Source: Bacteroidales bacterium
GTDB taxonomy: Bacteria; Bacteroidota; Bacteroidia; Bacteroidales; UBA12077
Assembly (NCBI GenBank): GCA_028282585.1
Contig: JANQHR010000021.1
Location: forward strand, 19,905-83,904
Reading direction: 5' to 3'
DNA: 64,000 nucleotides
A program made the position numbers and the translations under genes. Below the pieces are notes generated by a model, which searched no databases, was not told the origin of the DNA, and was given only the letters and a program-made list of their open reading frames with translations. This document shows, in pieces, positions 19,477 to 29,783 of the stretch. Position 1 is the stretch's first letter, and every line of letters starts with the position of its first letter.

Positions 19477-21276
19477 TTAAGTATTATTTAAAAGTTTTTT
19501 CCAATGATTAATTGATTCTTCGCCCTTATAATTAAAAGCATCATTTAAAAATTTTTGTTTAGTTTCATTTGGTATTTTTTTACCACCTCGAATATCTTTA
19601 ATACACATTAATATTTCCTCAATACTTTCAGTATAGTGTGCTACATTATGTTTTGCATAGTCAGTAAATATCCATTCAAATATATCATTCGTGAACAAAT
19701 TATACTGAATTATTTCAAGATCCAAAGATAAAGCATCAAGGCCTATCGAAGATGTTGAAAAAATTAATATATCAGATTCGATTAAATTCTTAATACTATC
19801 TCTTTGGGAAATACTAATATTTTTATTTTTAAAACAATTTTTCCAGAAGCCAATTTCATGAGCAGGGTGGACTTGTAAATGAATTTTATAGCCTAATTTA
19901 TACAATTCATTAATTAGATCATTAATAAAATAATACTCTTCATAGCCCATAAAATTATTTTGTAGATGGCTCCAGAAATATTCATCAGTTGGATTTTTTA
20001 ATGCAGGAGGGTAGTAAGGTGTTGCAATTACAATTTGTTCAGAATTTTCATCCGAAGGGCTTTTATTGGTTGATGGAATTAATGCATTTCCTAAAACATG
20101 AATTTTTGATTTATTCAAATCATCTATATACAACCTTTTAGTTAATGTTCCCCAAGCTGCATATATATCGGAGTAAATAATGTCATTTTTATATCTTATT
20201 TTATTAAATACACCATGCTCAACTACAATTGATTTACAGTTATTTATACGCGCAAGTGCAATTAATAATTGCTGGCTAAAAGATAAATAATTATTTAGAA
20301 TGATTATATCAGGAGAAATTTTTTTAAAAATATATCTATAATAAACTATATCAATTAACTGTATTTTGATTCGATTCAATGTTTTATTAATAAAAACCGA
20401 GGATAGGCCCGAAATTAATTCTTTCGGTAAATTCAGGTCATTAGCAATAAAATTGATTAGATCTTGCTTAATATTCCTGATGATTTCCTTGTAATCATTA
20501 TTAGCTTTTCTTTTATATAAATTCAAGAACAAGAATTTGATAAGATTTGGTTCAATACTCAAAATGTTTTTATACGTCCTTGAAGCACTTGATCCAATTA
20601 AAATTCCTTTGTGATTTGAATCTACTAGCTTATTTACTATTGGTGTTGTGTTTCTATGATCTTGAAAAAGGATTCTTTTTCTTTTTGTTATTTTAAGTAT
20701 TAAAAATAGAAAGTTAAATGTGTTTCGAAGGATTTTAAGTACAGCATTAATTTTTCTGAGGAAATTGTCCTTAAAAGTATTTTCAAAACTATTTTTTAAC
20801 TCAACATTTTGAAATAAAAATTCAATTTTATTCTTTAATAAAAACTCTTGTAAACTTGCAGAAAAGTTATCTTTATTTGAGACATAATGTATAGAAGCAT
20901 CACTGTTTGTTTTATCAATTATATATTGAAATAATAGAGCTCGTGATATTATATGCGAGATGGCTGGTGCAAAATAAACTTCATTTAATTCCAATAAATT
21001 AAAGTTTTTATAAATGGCTTTTTGATATTGTGAATAAAAAATCCGCAATCTATTCCAAGCATAATCAGGGTCAACATTTCTATTAGAATCTTTAAGAATT
21101 TCTTCGAAGCTAATTTTACGATTATATTTTATTCCAATTTTATCAAATGTACTTGCGTCGGTTGGACTAAAATATATTATAGCCTCATAAGTTTTTCTTA
21201 ATAGATTCTTTGAAAGTAGATTTAAATAGTGCTTAAATGAAATATTAGGGTCAATTATAAGGTATTGCATTATCAA
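19477..21276 (-). CDS. Hypothetical GT-B-like protein, candidate nonulosonate transferase
   Basis: EHG, YAAWG, VHP and STSSIGLDAL motifs; adjacent to NulO genes. Confidence 0.5.
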   Translation of the reverse strand: MIMQYLIIDPNISFKHYLNLLSKNLLRKTYEAIIYFSPTDASTFDKIGIKYNRKISFEEILKDSNRNVDPDYAWNRLRIFYSQYQKAIYKNFNLLELNEVYFAPAISHIISRALLFQYIIDKTNSDASIHYVSNKDNFSASLQEFLLKNKIEFLFQNVELKNSFENTFKDNFLRKINAVLKILRNTFNFLFLILKITKRKRILFQDHRNTTPIVNKLVDSNHKGILIGSSASRTYKNILSIEPNLIKFLFLNLYKRKANNDYKEIIRNIKQDLINFIANDLNLPKELISGLSSVFINKTLNRIKIQLIDIVYYRYIFKKISPDIIILNNYLSFSQQLLIALARINNCKSIVVEHGVFNKIRYKNDIIYSDIYAAWGTLTKRLYIDDLNKSKIHVLGNALIPSTNKSPSDENSEQIVIATPYYPPALKNPTDEYFWSHLQNNFMGYEEYYFINDLINELYKLGYKIHLQVHPAHEIGFWKNCFKNKNISISQRDSIKNLIESDILIFSTSSIGLDALSLDLEIIQYNLFTNDIFEWIFTDYAKHNVAHYTESIEEILMCIKDIRGGKKIPNETKQKFLNDAFNYKGEESINHWKKLLNNT

Positions 21277-21280
21277 TATC

Positions 21281-22183
21281 TTATGTTCTTAGCAAAGTCA
21301 ATAATCTTGATAAAAAAACCTTGAAGAAGTTCTTGATAGAACCCAAATTGTATGCAAGAAAATATTTTATTATTGAAACGAAATTTCCAACCTTCTGTTG
21401 TTCATAATTTAGGTGGGCAATTTCTTTTCTACAAATTAGGCTAGCAAGTTTCACTTCAGGTATATTAAGGTTCTTTTTCCATCTATAAATTGGTGCTGGG
21501 TCAAAAATTTTTTTGACATCACCAAATGATGAATTATCAATATATTTAGAGTCTTTTCTTGCCTTTAATTCTTGTAAATTCGTGTTAAGGTTTAATCCCA
21601 GAAAACTATTTAACGAATTAATGGTTTCTTGATTTTGGCTAATCAAATCTTCATATCTTAGCATTAATACGTTTTTATGATTTTGCAAATTCATTATTTT
21701 TTTATACCCAGTTTTCCAATATCTTATAAAAGACTGGATGTTGTAGTTGCTAAATCTATTTTTAGATGATAAAAGTACATCTCTGGGATCTCTAACTAAA
21801 TATATAAACTTAATGCCATGTTCCAATAACTGAATGGAATAAAAATATTCACTTGTAATTTTTAATCCTATCATTTTATCATCACTTTTTCCTATACTCA
21901 TCAATGAATAGGAAAAAATGTCATACCAACTGTTTAAAAATTGCCTATCGGCTTTAATGTCTAATCCTAAGCTTAAAGCTTCCGCCTCAATACCAGAAAC
22001 AAGGATATTTTTTTGGAAAGAAAAAAGAGTCTCATTTATATCTTTTATTCTGAGTTTTTTAGCATCAGTAAATAATGACCTGAAAGTATCGTAATAAATA
22101 CTACAGTTACTTTGACTATTTAATAAATTTGACAAAAAGGTTGTTCCTGAACGCCTCTGGCCAGAAATAATAATTTTCTTCAT
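21281..22183 (-). CDS. PAPS-dependent sulfotransferase
   Basis: GQRRSGTT 5'-PSB loop, LVRDPRDVLLS 3'-PB motif, RYEDL. Confidence 0.9.
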   Translation of the reverse strand: MKKIIISGQRRSGTTFLSNLLNSQSNCSIYYDTFRSLFTDAKKLRIKDINETLFSFQKNILVSGIEAEALSLGLDIKADRQFLNSWYDIFSYSLMSIGKSDDKMIGLKITSEYFYSIQLLEHGIKFIYLVRDPRDVLLSSKNRFSNYNIQSFIRYWKTGYKKIMNLQNHKNVLMLRYEDLISQNQETINSLNSFLGLNLNTNLQELKARKDSKYIDNSSFGDVKKIFDPAPIYRWKKNLNIPEVKLASLICRKEIAHLNYEQQKVGNFVSIIKYFLAYNLGSIKNFFKVFLSRLLTLLRT

Positions 22184-22186
22184 TAC

Positions 22187-23233
22187 TTATTTTAGTTTAT
22201 GCAAATTCTTTTTATACTCACTCCACTGGCCTATATCAATCCATGATTTTTCAGAAACCGGATATACACCAATTTTTTTACCAAGTTTTTGAACATCTGA
22301 AATTAAGTGTGTGATATGATAAAATGTATCATTAGGAATTAAAGAGATTAGATCAGGGTTTAGTATATACATCCCCGTATTTACTAAGAAATCGTATTCC
22401 GGTTTTTCATCAATTTTTTTTAAGCTTCCATCTTTATTCAAATCACAAATTCCGTAAGGGATTTGAAAATGCTGCATTGAAGCTATAAGAGTAATGTCAA
22501 ATTTCCCTTTTTCGTGAAAAGTTAAAATATTATTATAATCTTCATCTATAATAATATCACAATTTGATATAAAAAGAGGCTCTGTGAATTTACCTTGAAG
22601 ATATTTTATAGAACCAGCTGTACCTAAAGGTTTATCCTCATCAATATAATGAATATTATAATCGACATTTGTTTCCTCAAAATAAGCCTTGATGATTTTT
22701 GCTTTATGGTTTACCGTAATATAGAATTCATTGAGGTTGTACTTTACATATTCATCGATTATTGTCTCGATCATAGTTTTTTCTCCAACAGGAATCAACG
22801 GTTTAGGAAGGATATTTGTAAATGGTTCCAACCTTGTTCCTCTTCCACCAGCCATAATTATCACAGGATTATTTAACTTTTTATACTCCTTTTTATTTTC
22901 TTGAAAGAAAGAATTCCAATAGATAATGTTTTTTAATGATGAATTTTCATCAACTATAGGAATAGCTTCAAATCGTTTTTCTAGGAAAATTCTTTTAACT
23001 TCTTCCGGTTTATAATTCTCTGTGAGCATAGTAGGAGATGTATTAGTTATTGAAGATATCGGATCAGTAAGATTTATCTCCTGTAATATAGCTCTTCTAA
23101 TATCACCATCTGAAACAGAACCAATAAGCTTTTCATTTTTAACAACAAACAACGTTTTATGAGCTGTTTTATCCATTACCTTTAATGCTTGTTTTATCTG
23201 AGTATCAGGCGAGATTAATGTTCTTTTATCCAT
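22187..23233 (-). CDS. CBS-domain nucleotidyltransferase (PtmE/LegX-like)
   Basis: SDGDIRR CBS pair; MAGGRGTRL..T...PKPL, PLGTAG, WIDIG. Confidence 0.9.
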   Translation of the reverse strand: MDKRTLISPDTQIKQALKVMDKTAHKTLFVVKNEKLIGSVSDGDIRRAILQEINLTDPISSITNTSPTMLTENYKPEEVKRIFLEKRFEAIPIVDENSSLKNIIYWNSFFQENKKEYKKLNNPVIIMAGGRGTRLEPFTNILPKPLIPVGEKTMIETIIDEYVKYNLNEFYITVNHKAKIIKAYFEETNVDYNIHYIDEDKPLGTAGSIKYLQGKFTEPLFISNCDIIIDEDYNNILTFHEKGKFDITLIASMQHFQIPYGICDLNKDGSLKKIDEKPEYDFLVNTGMYILNPDLISLIPNDTFYHITHLISDVQKLGKKIGVYPVSEKSWIDIGQWSEYKKNLHKLK

Positions 23234-23235
23234 AA

Positions 23236-24069
23236 TTAGATATCTAACTCTATAATTGTTAAATTGGCATGTAGTGGAATTTTATTTCGCACTGCAAACT
23301 CTTTTCCTTTTATTAAATTTTGGTTGAAAGTAGATTGAATTTTTAAGAGAACTTCACTTGGAATACTTCGCTGGATTATATTCTTATTAAGATCCCATAT
23401 TGATGTGTCATTTTTAAAAATTGAAAATACGTCTGTAAGATCTGCTAAATTAGATTTTAACTTTGAAAAAAGAGTTTTAAATAATTCATAATCCTCTTTT
23501 ACATCACAGGTTAGTCTTTTATCTTCTTTAAAAGGACTATTTTTAACATGAATCTCAGCAATATTGAAAAAATCGGGTCTATTTACAAATGGACCCCATA
23601 TTTCGGTATCAGTTTCCTTCTTCATATAATTTGCCACACTTAGAGCATCAGTCTTTATAAAATAAGGAGCAATTCCAATTGGTAATCCTTTAGTAAAAAT
23701 AAAATCATAGTTACCATTTTCATAAGCTTCAATTAGCATTTGAGCAATATGTATAGAATGTATGGGATTGTCTGCTGTTATACTTACAAATGCATCATAA
23801 CCATAATATTTTGCAGCATCTTCCAAGCGTGATAATACATCATCTTCCGATCCAGAATAGAACTTAATTTTATGATTCAGGGCATAATTGTATAACTCGG
23901 AATCTTGAGGATTTGTTGATGTGCATAAAACCACTCCATCAATACCTTCAACAGCTTTACATCTTTGTATAACATGACCTAAAACAGTTTGGTTTTCTAA
24001 TGGTAATAAAATTTTTTCTTTTAATCTTGTGCTTTTTAACCTTGCAGTAATAAAATAACCTATTCTCAT
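23236..24069 (-). CDS. CMP-nonulosonate synthetase, SpsF-type cytidylyltransferase
   Basis: ARLKSTRLKEK, GSEDDVLSR, ITADNP, RLTCDVKED. Confidence 0.85.
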   Translation of the reverse strand: MRIGYFITARLKSTRLKEKILLPLENQTVLGHVIQRCKAVEGIDGVVLCTSTNPQDSELYNYALNHKIKFYSGSEDDVLSRLEDAAKYYGYDAFVSITADNPIHSIHIAQMLIEAYENGNYDFIFTKGLPIGIAPYFIKTDALSVANYMKKETDTEIWGPFVNRPDFFNIAEIHVKNSPFKEDKRLTCDVKEDYELFKTLFSKLKSNLADLTDVFSIFKNDTSIWDLNKNIIQRSIPSEVLLKIQSTFNQNLIKGKEFAVRNKIPLHANLTIIELDI

Positions 24070-25070
24070 TGTTTCTTGAAGTGTTCGTTTAAAACTAAAT
24101 CTCCTTTCTTTTGATCAGAATCGATTTCTGAACCCATTTTATTTAATACATCAATTTGAGAAAGGTTAGAAATAAGTTTCGAACGTTTGAATTCTATCAT
24201 ATCTTTCTTTAGTAGTTCACCGACTTTAATATTTTTTTTATAAAATGCGGCTTTTTTCATTGGTCCGTATTTAGAATATTCTTTTTCAGCAGAATTTAAT
24301 TCTAATTTACCATTACCCATACATTTATTAAGAATAGCTAGTTTATTTTCTAAATTATTAAACATCTCAATCGATATTGCAGAGTTCCAATCGGGAAAAT
24401 TTTTATTTCCATATTCAGTGGTAACGTGTTTTTCAATATATTCCATTCCAAGAGAAGCTGCAAATAGAGTTATTAAAATATTATTCTTTTCGTTCCAAGC
24501 TGAATGGTCTGCGTAACCATGTTTAAAATTTGGATATAGATCAATAATTTTCTTAATCTTTTTCAGATTAATATCTTCATATAATGTTGGATAATTTTGA
24601 AAGCCATGCATTAAAACAATATTATTGGATTGAATTGTGTTTATTGCGCTTTCAACTTCGTATAATGTGCTACCTCCAATACCTAAAACAACTTGAGTAT
24701 TTGAATCTATATTCGATTTTAAAGCCTCTAATAAGTGAATATCGTTTAAACAAACAGAATGAATTTCCACAATTTCGGGATCATAATACATTCCAAATTC
24801 AATTGAGTCAATATCATTTAAAAGAAGCATTACTTTTTTTTCTGATTTAGCAATTTTCTTTAAAAAATAATCCCACTGTTCTTTATCAAAAGTTAAGTCT
24901 TTAACGTTTGTTTCCTTCAAAATATCATCATGGAAATACTCTTTCTCATTTAATAAAAAATGAAGTTTAATATAGTCCGTATTTGTGGCATCTATCAAAG
25001 CAGATATTAATTTATCCATAAAATTAAAACTTCCTTTATGATGCCAAGCTGTTTCAGCGATAAGTTTCAT
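24066..25070 (-). CDS. Divergent NeuB-family nonulosonate synthase
   Basis: IAETAWHH (cf. IAEIGxNH), HGFQNYPT, GYADHS, IEKHVT, C-terminal SAF-like domain. Confidence 0.8.
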   Translation of the reverse strand: MKLIAETAWHHKGSFNFMDKLISALIDATNTDYIKLHFLLNEKEYFHDDILKETNVKDLTFDKEQWDYFLKKIAKSEKKVMLLLNDIDSIEFGMYYDPEIVEIHSVCLNDIHLLEALKSNIDSNTQVVLGIGGSTLYEVESAINTIQSNNIVLMHGFQNYPTLYEDINLKKIKKIIDLYPNFKHGYADHSAWNEKNNILITLFAASLGMEYIEKHVTTEYGNKNFPDWNSAISIEMFNNLENKLAILNKCMGNGKLELNSAEKEYSKYGPMKKAAFYKKNIKVGELLKKDMIEFKRSKLISNLSQIDVLNKMGSEIDSDQKKGDLVLNEHFKKQ

Positions 25071-25109
25071 TATTATTGTGATAATTTAAAATAATTTTTC
25101 TTTCTTGAT

Positions 25110-26228
25110 TTAGTAGTTTTTTTGACTGATTTTCATTATGATATTAAAGATTTTTACTGACGCATCCCCTTTACCGTATATTTTTATTTTATTAGGTAAA
25201 TCTAATTCTTCAATTTTCTGAATCTGTTTTAGAATTTTTTCTTCATTAAAATCAACAGAAAATATATTTGGGGTAAGTATCCTTCCTTTTTGTCTTTCTC
25301 CTAAATTAATAACCCATTTAGGAAAAAATGAAGCATCAACAAAACCGCTGGAGGAGTTTCCAATTACAAAAGAACAATGCTTCATGAAAGATAAGTAACC
25401 TTTTGAACCTAAAGATTCAAATAAATAAATATTTTTTATTTTATGAGCAAAATTTTCTATTTCCTTACGGATTAATAATCCATTTGTATCAGCATTTGGC
25501 ATGGTAAAAACAATTTGGTATTTATTAATTATTTTACTTAAAGCAGATAAAAATTCTTTAATAAAAAAACTATTTTTTTGATAGGAAACAGTTTCTGGAT
25601 GTACAGTTGAAAGTACTGTTGGTTTTGTTAGATCAATATTATATGTTTTTTTAATTTCTTTTATTGAAAAGAATTCTATCTCTTTCAAATGATCAATACT
25701 AAGTGCTCCAACATTAAATATGTTAATGTCATTCCCTTTTAATTGAATACTTCTATCTAGGTATTTTTTAGTTGATACAAAGAGATAGTTAGATATAATT
25801 GAAATTGAATGTCTGAAAATATTATCTATAGCTCCAAGAGTAGTTTCACCAGCATGTAAATGAGCAAAATTTATGTTTAGGGGAATTCCAGCTGTTACAG
25901 CAGCAAACATTTCATATCTGTCACCAATTGCTAAAACAAGATCGAAAGGATTCTTTTCCCAGAAATTAGAGAAACTTTGAATAGTTTTACCTATGGAGTT
26001 GGATATGTCACTAGCATTATCAGAATTAGGAGTAGTATTAATTTTGTGTTTTTTAAAGTTAAATCCGTAATTATCAATTTCAGTAATGGTATTTCCGAAT
26101 ATAATTGATAAGTGAGTACCGAAAATTATCAGTTCTGTAGTTAAAGAGGGTTCTTTGTTTAACAACTTAAGTAATGGAACATAAACTCCGAAATCTGCTC
26201 TACTGCTTGTAAGTATTCCTAATTTCAT
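25110..26228 (-). CDS. neuC: Hydrolysing nucleotide-sugar 2-epimerase (NeuC/LegG)
   Basis: TSSRAD, GTHLS, GDRYE, HLHAGE, HPET, GNSSSG, GERQKGR. Confidence 0.93.
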   Translation of the reverse strand: MKLGILTSSRADFGVYVPLLKLLNKEPSLTTELIIFGTHLSIIFGNTITEIDNYGFNFKKHKINTTPNSDNASDISNSIGKTIQSFSNFWEKNPFDLVLAIGDRYEMFAAVTAGIPLNINFAHLHAGETTLGAIDNIFRHSISIISNYLFVSTKKYLDRSIQLKGNDINIFNVGALSIDHLKEIEFFSIKEIKKTYNIDLTKPTVLSTVHPETVSYQKNSFFIKEFLSALSKIINKYQIVFTMPNADTNGLLIRKEIENFAHKIKNIYLFESLGSKGYLSFMKHCSFVIGNSSSGFVDASFFPKWVINLGERQKGRILTPNIFSVDFNEEKILKQIQKIEELDLPNKIKIYGKGDASVKIFNIIMKISQKNY

Positions 26229-26230
26229 AA

Positions 26231-27247
26231 TTACATTTCAATTAAATCTTCAATGTCATATTCCCTATTAGCTGTTTTCCCAACAATCTGGTACCAATTC
26301 ATAGGAGATATACCGTTACCAGGTCTTTTAACCGTTAAATTATTTTCGGTAAAAAGTTCTCCTTTTTTTATTTTTTCTTTTGCGATTATACTTTTCCTGG
26401 CTATAGAAATATTTTTAATTTCAGATGGTGATGCTTTTTTTATTCCATCTCCAAGTGCTTTTTCAATATTTCTAATAGATTTAACCATTTCAATAAGTTC
26501 AGTCGGTTCAATTGATGCTTTATGATCAGGCCCTTCCATTTCTCTGTTAAGCGTTATATGTTTTTCTATTATTGATGCTCCGAGTGCTACTGCTGCTATT
26601 GGAATTTCAATACCTAAGGTATGATCTGAATACCCAACATTAATATCGAATTTCTTTGCGATTGTCTTCATTGCGGTTAAGTTTACATCATAAAATGGTG
26701 TAGGATATTCTGTATTTGCATGGAGAATTGTTATCATTTTTTTATTTAATCCACAGCGAATAAGCACGCTTAAAGCTTCTTCTATTTCAACAATATCAGA
26801 CATACCAGTAGACAGAATAACAGGTTTACGTTTACTTGCAATTTTTTCAAGGTAAGGTAGATTGGTGATTTCACCTGACGGTATTTTAAAGAGATCAACA
26901 TTTAATTCATCCAATAAATCAATACTTTCAAGGTCAAACGGAGATGAAAGAAATTTAACGTCTTTTTGCTGACAATATTGTTTCAACTCATAATGATCTT
27001 GAACGCTAAGCTCAAGATTTTTAACAAGTTCTAATTGATTGGCATATTTATGTTCACCTACATTACGTTTCTGATATTCTGCTAATAAAGCATGTTTTGA
27101 AATAACCTGATCTAACTTAGCAGTTTGAAATTTAACGTAATCAACGCCCGCAAATGAAGCAATATCTATTAATTTTTTAGCAATTAAAATATCACCGTTG
27201 TGATTTACACCTATTTCAGCTATAATTATTGTTTTATTTAAATTCAT
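26231..27247 (-). CDS. neuB: Nonulosonate synthase (NeuB/LegI)
   Basis: IAEIGVNHNG, KFQT, KIPSGEITNLP, LSTGM, GYSDHTLG, IEKH, KRPGNGISP. Confidence 0.95.
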   Translation of the reverse strand: MNLNKTIIIAEIGVNHNGDILIAKKLIDIASFAGVDYVKFQTAKLDQVISKHALLAEYQKRNVGEHKYANQLELVKNLELSVQDHYELKQYCQQKDVKFLSSPFDLESIDLLDELNVDLFKIPSGEITNLPYLEKIASKRKPVILSTGMSDIVEIEEALSVLIRCGLNKKMITILHANTEYPTPFYDVNLTAMKTIAKKFDINVGYSDHTLGIEIPIAAVALGASIIEKHITLNREMEGPDHKASIEPTELIEMVKSIRNIEKALGDGIKKASPSEIKNISIARKSIIAKEKIKKGELFTENNLTVKRPGNGISPMNWYQIVGKTANREYDIEDLIEM

Positions 27248-27277
27248 ATTTACAACATTGATTGATAAATTGATGTG

Positions 27278-27943
27278 TTATTCATCTCTTGAGATGCTTT
27301 TGTTTGGCCTACCTTCTTTAAGAACTTTTGCAGGGACTCCAACTACAACAACATTTGATTTGACATCTTTAGTAACACAAGAGCTTGCGCCTACTGTGGA
27401 ATTATCACCAACCGATACATTTTTAATGAAGGAATTTGCACCTATTTGACACGCCTCCCCAATAATACCCTCGCCATTAATTGTTACATTCGGGCTAACT
27501 ATACTGTACTTCCCAATCTTAACTTTATGGCCTAATACAACATGGATGTTTAACATTACAAAATCGTCAATTTCGCAACCAACTGTAAGGTCTGTGTATC
27601 TTCCAATAATTACTCCTTTACCTATTTTATTTGATTTATGAATATATACTGTCGGTGAATAAAGGTTTGCCCATTTTAACTCAAACTGATTAAGGGATTC
27701 AACAACTTTTTTTCTAAATGATGATGAACCATACGCAATTGTAAAATGTGAGTCTAAATAATTAACCACTTGGTCCAGTTTTCCTAAAATAGGATATCCA
27801 AGAATGGTTTCAATTTTTTCATAAGCATAATCATCTAAAAATCCTAATAAATTCCATTCTGGTTTATTGTTGTTAATTTCTTCAATTAACCATGCAACTT
27901 CTGCACCTAGGGCCCCAGAGCCAATAATAATTATATTTTTCAT
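27278..27943 (-). CDS. NeuD/PglD/LegH-like hexapeptide acetyltransferase
   Basis: IIGSGALG, GFLDD, hexapeptide repeats, VGVPAK. Confidence 0.9.
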   Translation of the reverse strand: MKNIIIIGSGALGAEVAWLIEEINNNKPEWNLLGFLDDYAYEKIETILGYPILGKLDQVVNYLDSHFTIAYGSSSFRKKVVESLNQFELKWANLYSPTVYIHKSNKIGKGVIIGRYTDLTVGCEIDDFVMLNIHVVLGHKVKIGKYSIVSPNVTINGEGIIGEACQIGANSFIKNVSVGDNSTVGASSCVTKDVKSNVVVVGVPAKVLKEGRPNKSISRDE

Positions 27944-27954
27944 GAGAATTTTGT

Positions 27955-29109
27955 TTATAACGACTTAAAGTTCACACTACTTGGAATGTTTACAATTCTG
28001 TTTTCCAACCATTCTGAATTTGTAAGATCGCCAGTTTGGCATTTTTTAAACATTTCAAGCTTACTAATTAAATGCCAAACGGGTCTGGTCATAACGTTGT
28101 TTTTATTTGTAAATTCAAGAAAACGGTCGCGTTCTTTTCTGTCTTTTAAAATAATTGCATTTAACCAATAATTAGCAATTGAACCTAATGGTTCATTAAT
28201 AAATCTAATATCTGAATTACTGAAAAAATTACTATAACTTTTAGCAATTAGTCGTTTATTCTTAATAATTTCGGATAATGATTCCATTTGTGCACAACCT
28301 AATGCAGCATTTATATTTGGTAGCCTGTAGTTATATCCAATATTATCGTGGACATAATTCCACGGATGGGGAACTTTGGCCTGTGTTGTAAGGTGTTTTG
28401 CTTTTTTTGCTAATGATGCATCATTAGTAATTATCATTCCACCACCTCCGGTAGTAATAACTTTATTTCCATTATAACTAATGATGCCTACACGTCCAAA
28501 AGTTGCTGTATGCTTATCTTTAAAAAAACTACCTAAAGATTCCGCAGAATCTTCAATTAGTTCAATATTATATTTTAAACAAATTTCTGCAATTTGATCT
28601 ATTTTACATGGAAATCCAAATGTATGCATGGGCACACATGCTTTTATTCTTCTGCCAGTTTGTTTGTTTATACAAAAGCCGTTATTATCTAATTTAGTGT
28701 TTTGAGATAGAAATGATTCTAACTTTTCGGGAGATAATCCAAGTGTAGAGTTCTCAATATCAATAAAAATAGGCTTTGCATTGCAATATATTATTGCATT
28801 TACAGTTGAAATGAAAGTTATAGGTTGAGTTATAACTTCATCTTCTGGGTTGACACCACATATTAATAATGCAATATGTAAGGCTGCTGTCCCATTTACG
28901 GTAGCAATTGCATATTTAGAACCTGTATAGTCTAATGTTAGATCTTCAAATTGATGGACAAACTTTCCAATGCTCGAAACGAAGGTTGAATCAATACATT
29001 CTTCTAAATACTTTTTTTCATTATTAATAAATACAGGGGCATGTAGTGGAATAAATTCATTACTATCGTATAAATTTCTTACAAATAATACAAAATCATT
29101 AAAGTCCAT
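27955..29109 (-). CDS. legC: LegC-family PLP aminotransferase
   Basis: FIPLHAP, STFVSSIG, EDSAESLGS, SYNGNKVITTGGGG, GYNYRLPNINAALG, NIPSS. Confidence 0.9.
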   Translation of the reverse strand: MDFNDFVLFVRNLYDSNEFIPLHAPVFINNEKKYLEECIDSTFVSSIGKFVHQFEDLTLDYTGSKYAIATVNGTAALHIALLICGVNPEDEVITQPITFISTVNAIIYCNAKPIFIDIENSTLGLSPEKLESFLSQNTKLDNNGFCINKQTGRRIKACVPMHTFGFPCKIDQIAEICLKYNIELIEDSAESLGSFFKDKHTATFGRVGIISYNGNKVITTGGGGMIITNDASLAKKAKHLTTQAKVPHPWNYVHDNIGYNYRLPNINAALGCAQMESLSEIIKNKRLIAKSYSNFFSNSDIRFINEPLGSIANYWLNAIILKDRKERDRFLEFTNKNNVMTRPVWHLISKLEMFKKCQTGDLTNSEWLENRIVNIPSSVNFKSL

Positions 29110-29110
29110 T

Positions 29111-29770
29111 TTATTTCTTAATAATATAACTAGGTATATGGGAAAAAGGAAATTTATTTATAATGTAATCTTTATCCTTAAAAAACTCATCGACAGCCTT
29201 AACCTCACCTTCTACAGTTGGATAATCATCTAAAACAATAACACCATTTTTAACAATCCTATCATAGCATAATTCCAATATCAATTTAGCAGGAGAATAT
29301 ACATCTGTATCAATATGCAGAAAAGAAATTTTTAACTGAGGATTTTGTTCAATATATAATGGTAAAGTTTCCAATATATTTCCCTGAATTAATTCGTAGT
29401 TTTTAAATGATTTGAAATTAAGCACTTTTTCGAACTCAGGTTTTTCAATACCTGTACCGGCTGCTGTTTCAAAATAATCAATATATTTATTATCATTTTT
29501 AACATTACTTTTAGGAAATTTTCCAAAAGCATCAAAACCTATAATTTTTCGAGAAGAATGAAACTCTAGCATTTCTCTAAAGGTCAATAAACGAATAAAC
29601 GAAGTACCTTTAAATATTCCGAACTCAATAACTTCTCCAGGAAGGTTTATAATTTTTTTATAAAGTTCATATTGGGCGATAATTTTACTTATTCTGTTGG
29701 GATTGCTTGTAAGAAAATATCCATTTTCATAATCCCAGCATTTATCGGTATCGAAATTAAATAGTTTCAT
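29111..29770 (-). CDS. TylF/MycF/NovP-like O-methyltransferase
   Basis: PGEVIEFGIFKG, GFDAFGKFP, LHIDTDVY, GVIVLDDY. Confidence 0.85.
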   Translation of the reverse strand: MKLFNFDTDKCWDYENGYFLTSNPNRISKIIAQYELYKKIINLPGEVIEFGIFKGTSFIRLLTFREMLEFHSSRKIIGFDAFGKFPKSNVKNDNKYIDYFETAAGTGIEKPEFEKVLNFKSFKNYELIQGNILETLPLYIEQNPQLKISFLHIDTDVYSPAKLILELCYDRIVKNGVIVLDDYPTVEGEVKAVDEFFKDKDYIINKFPFSHIPSYIIKK

Positions 29771-29783
29771 GTTTTAACTTGAT

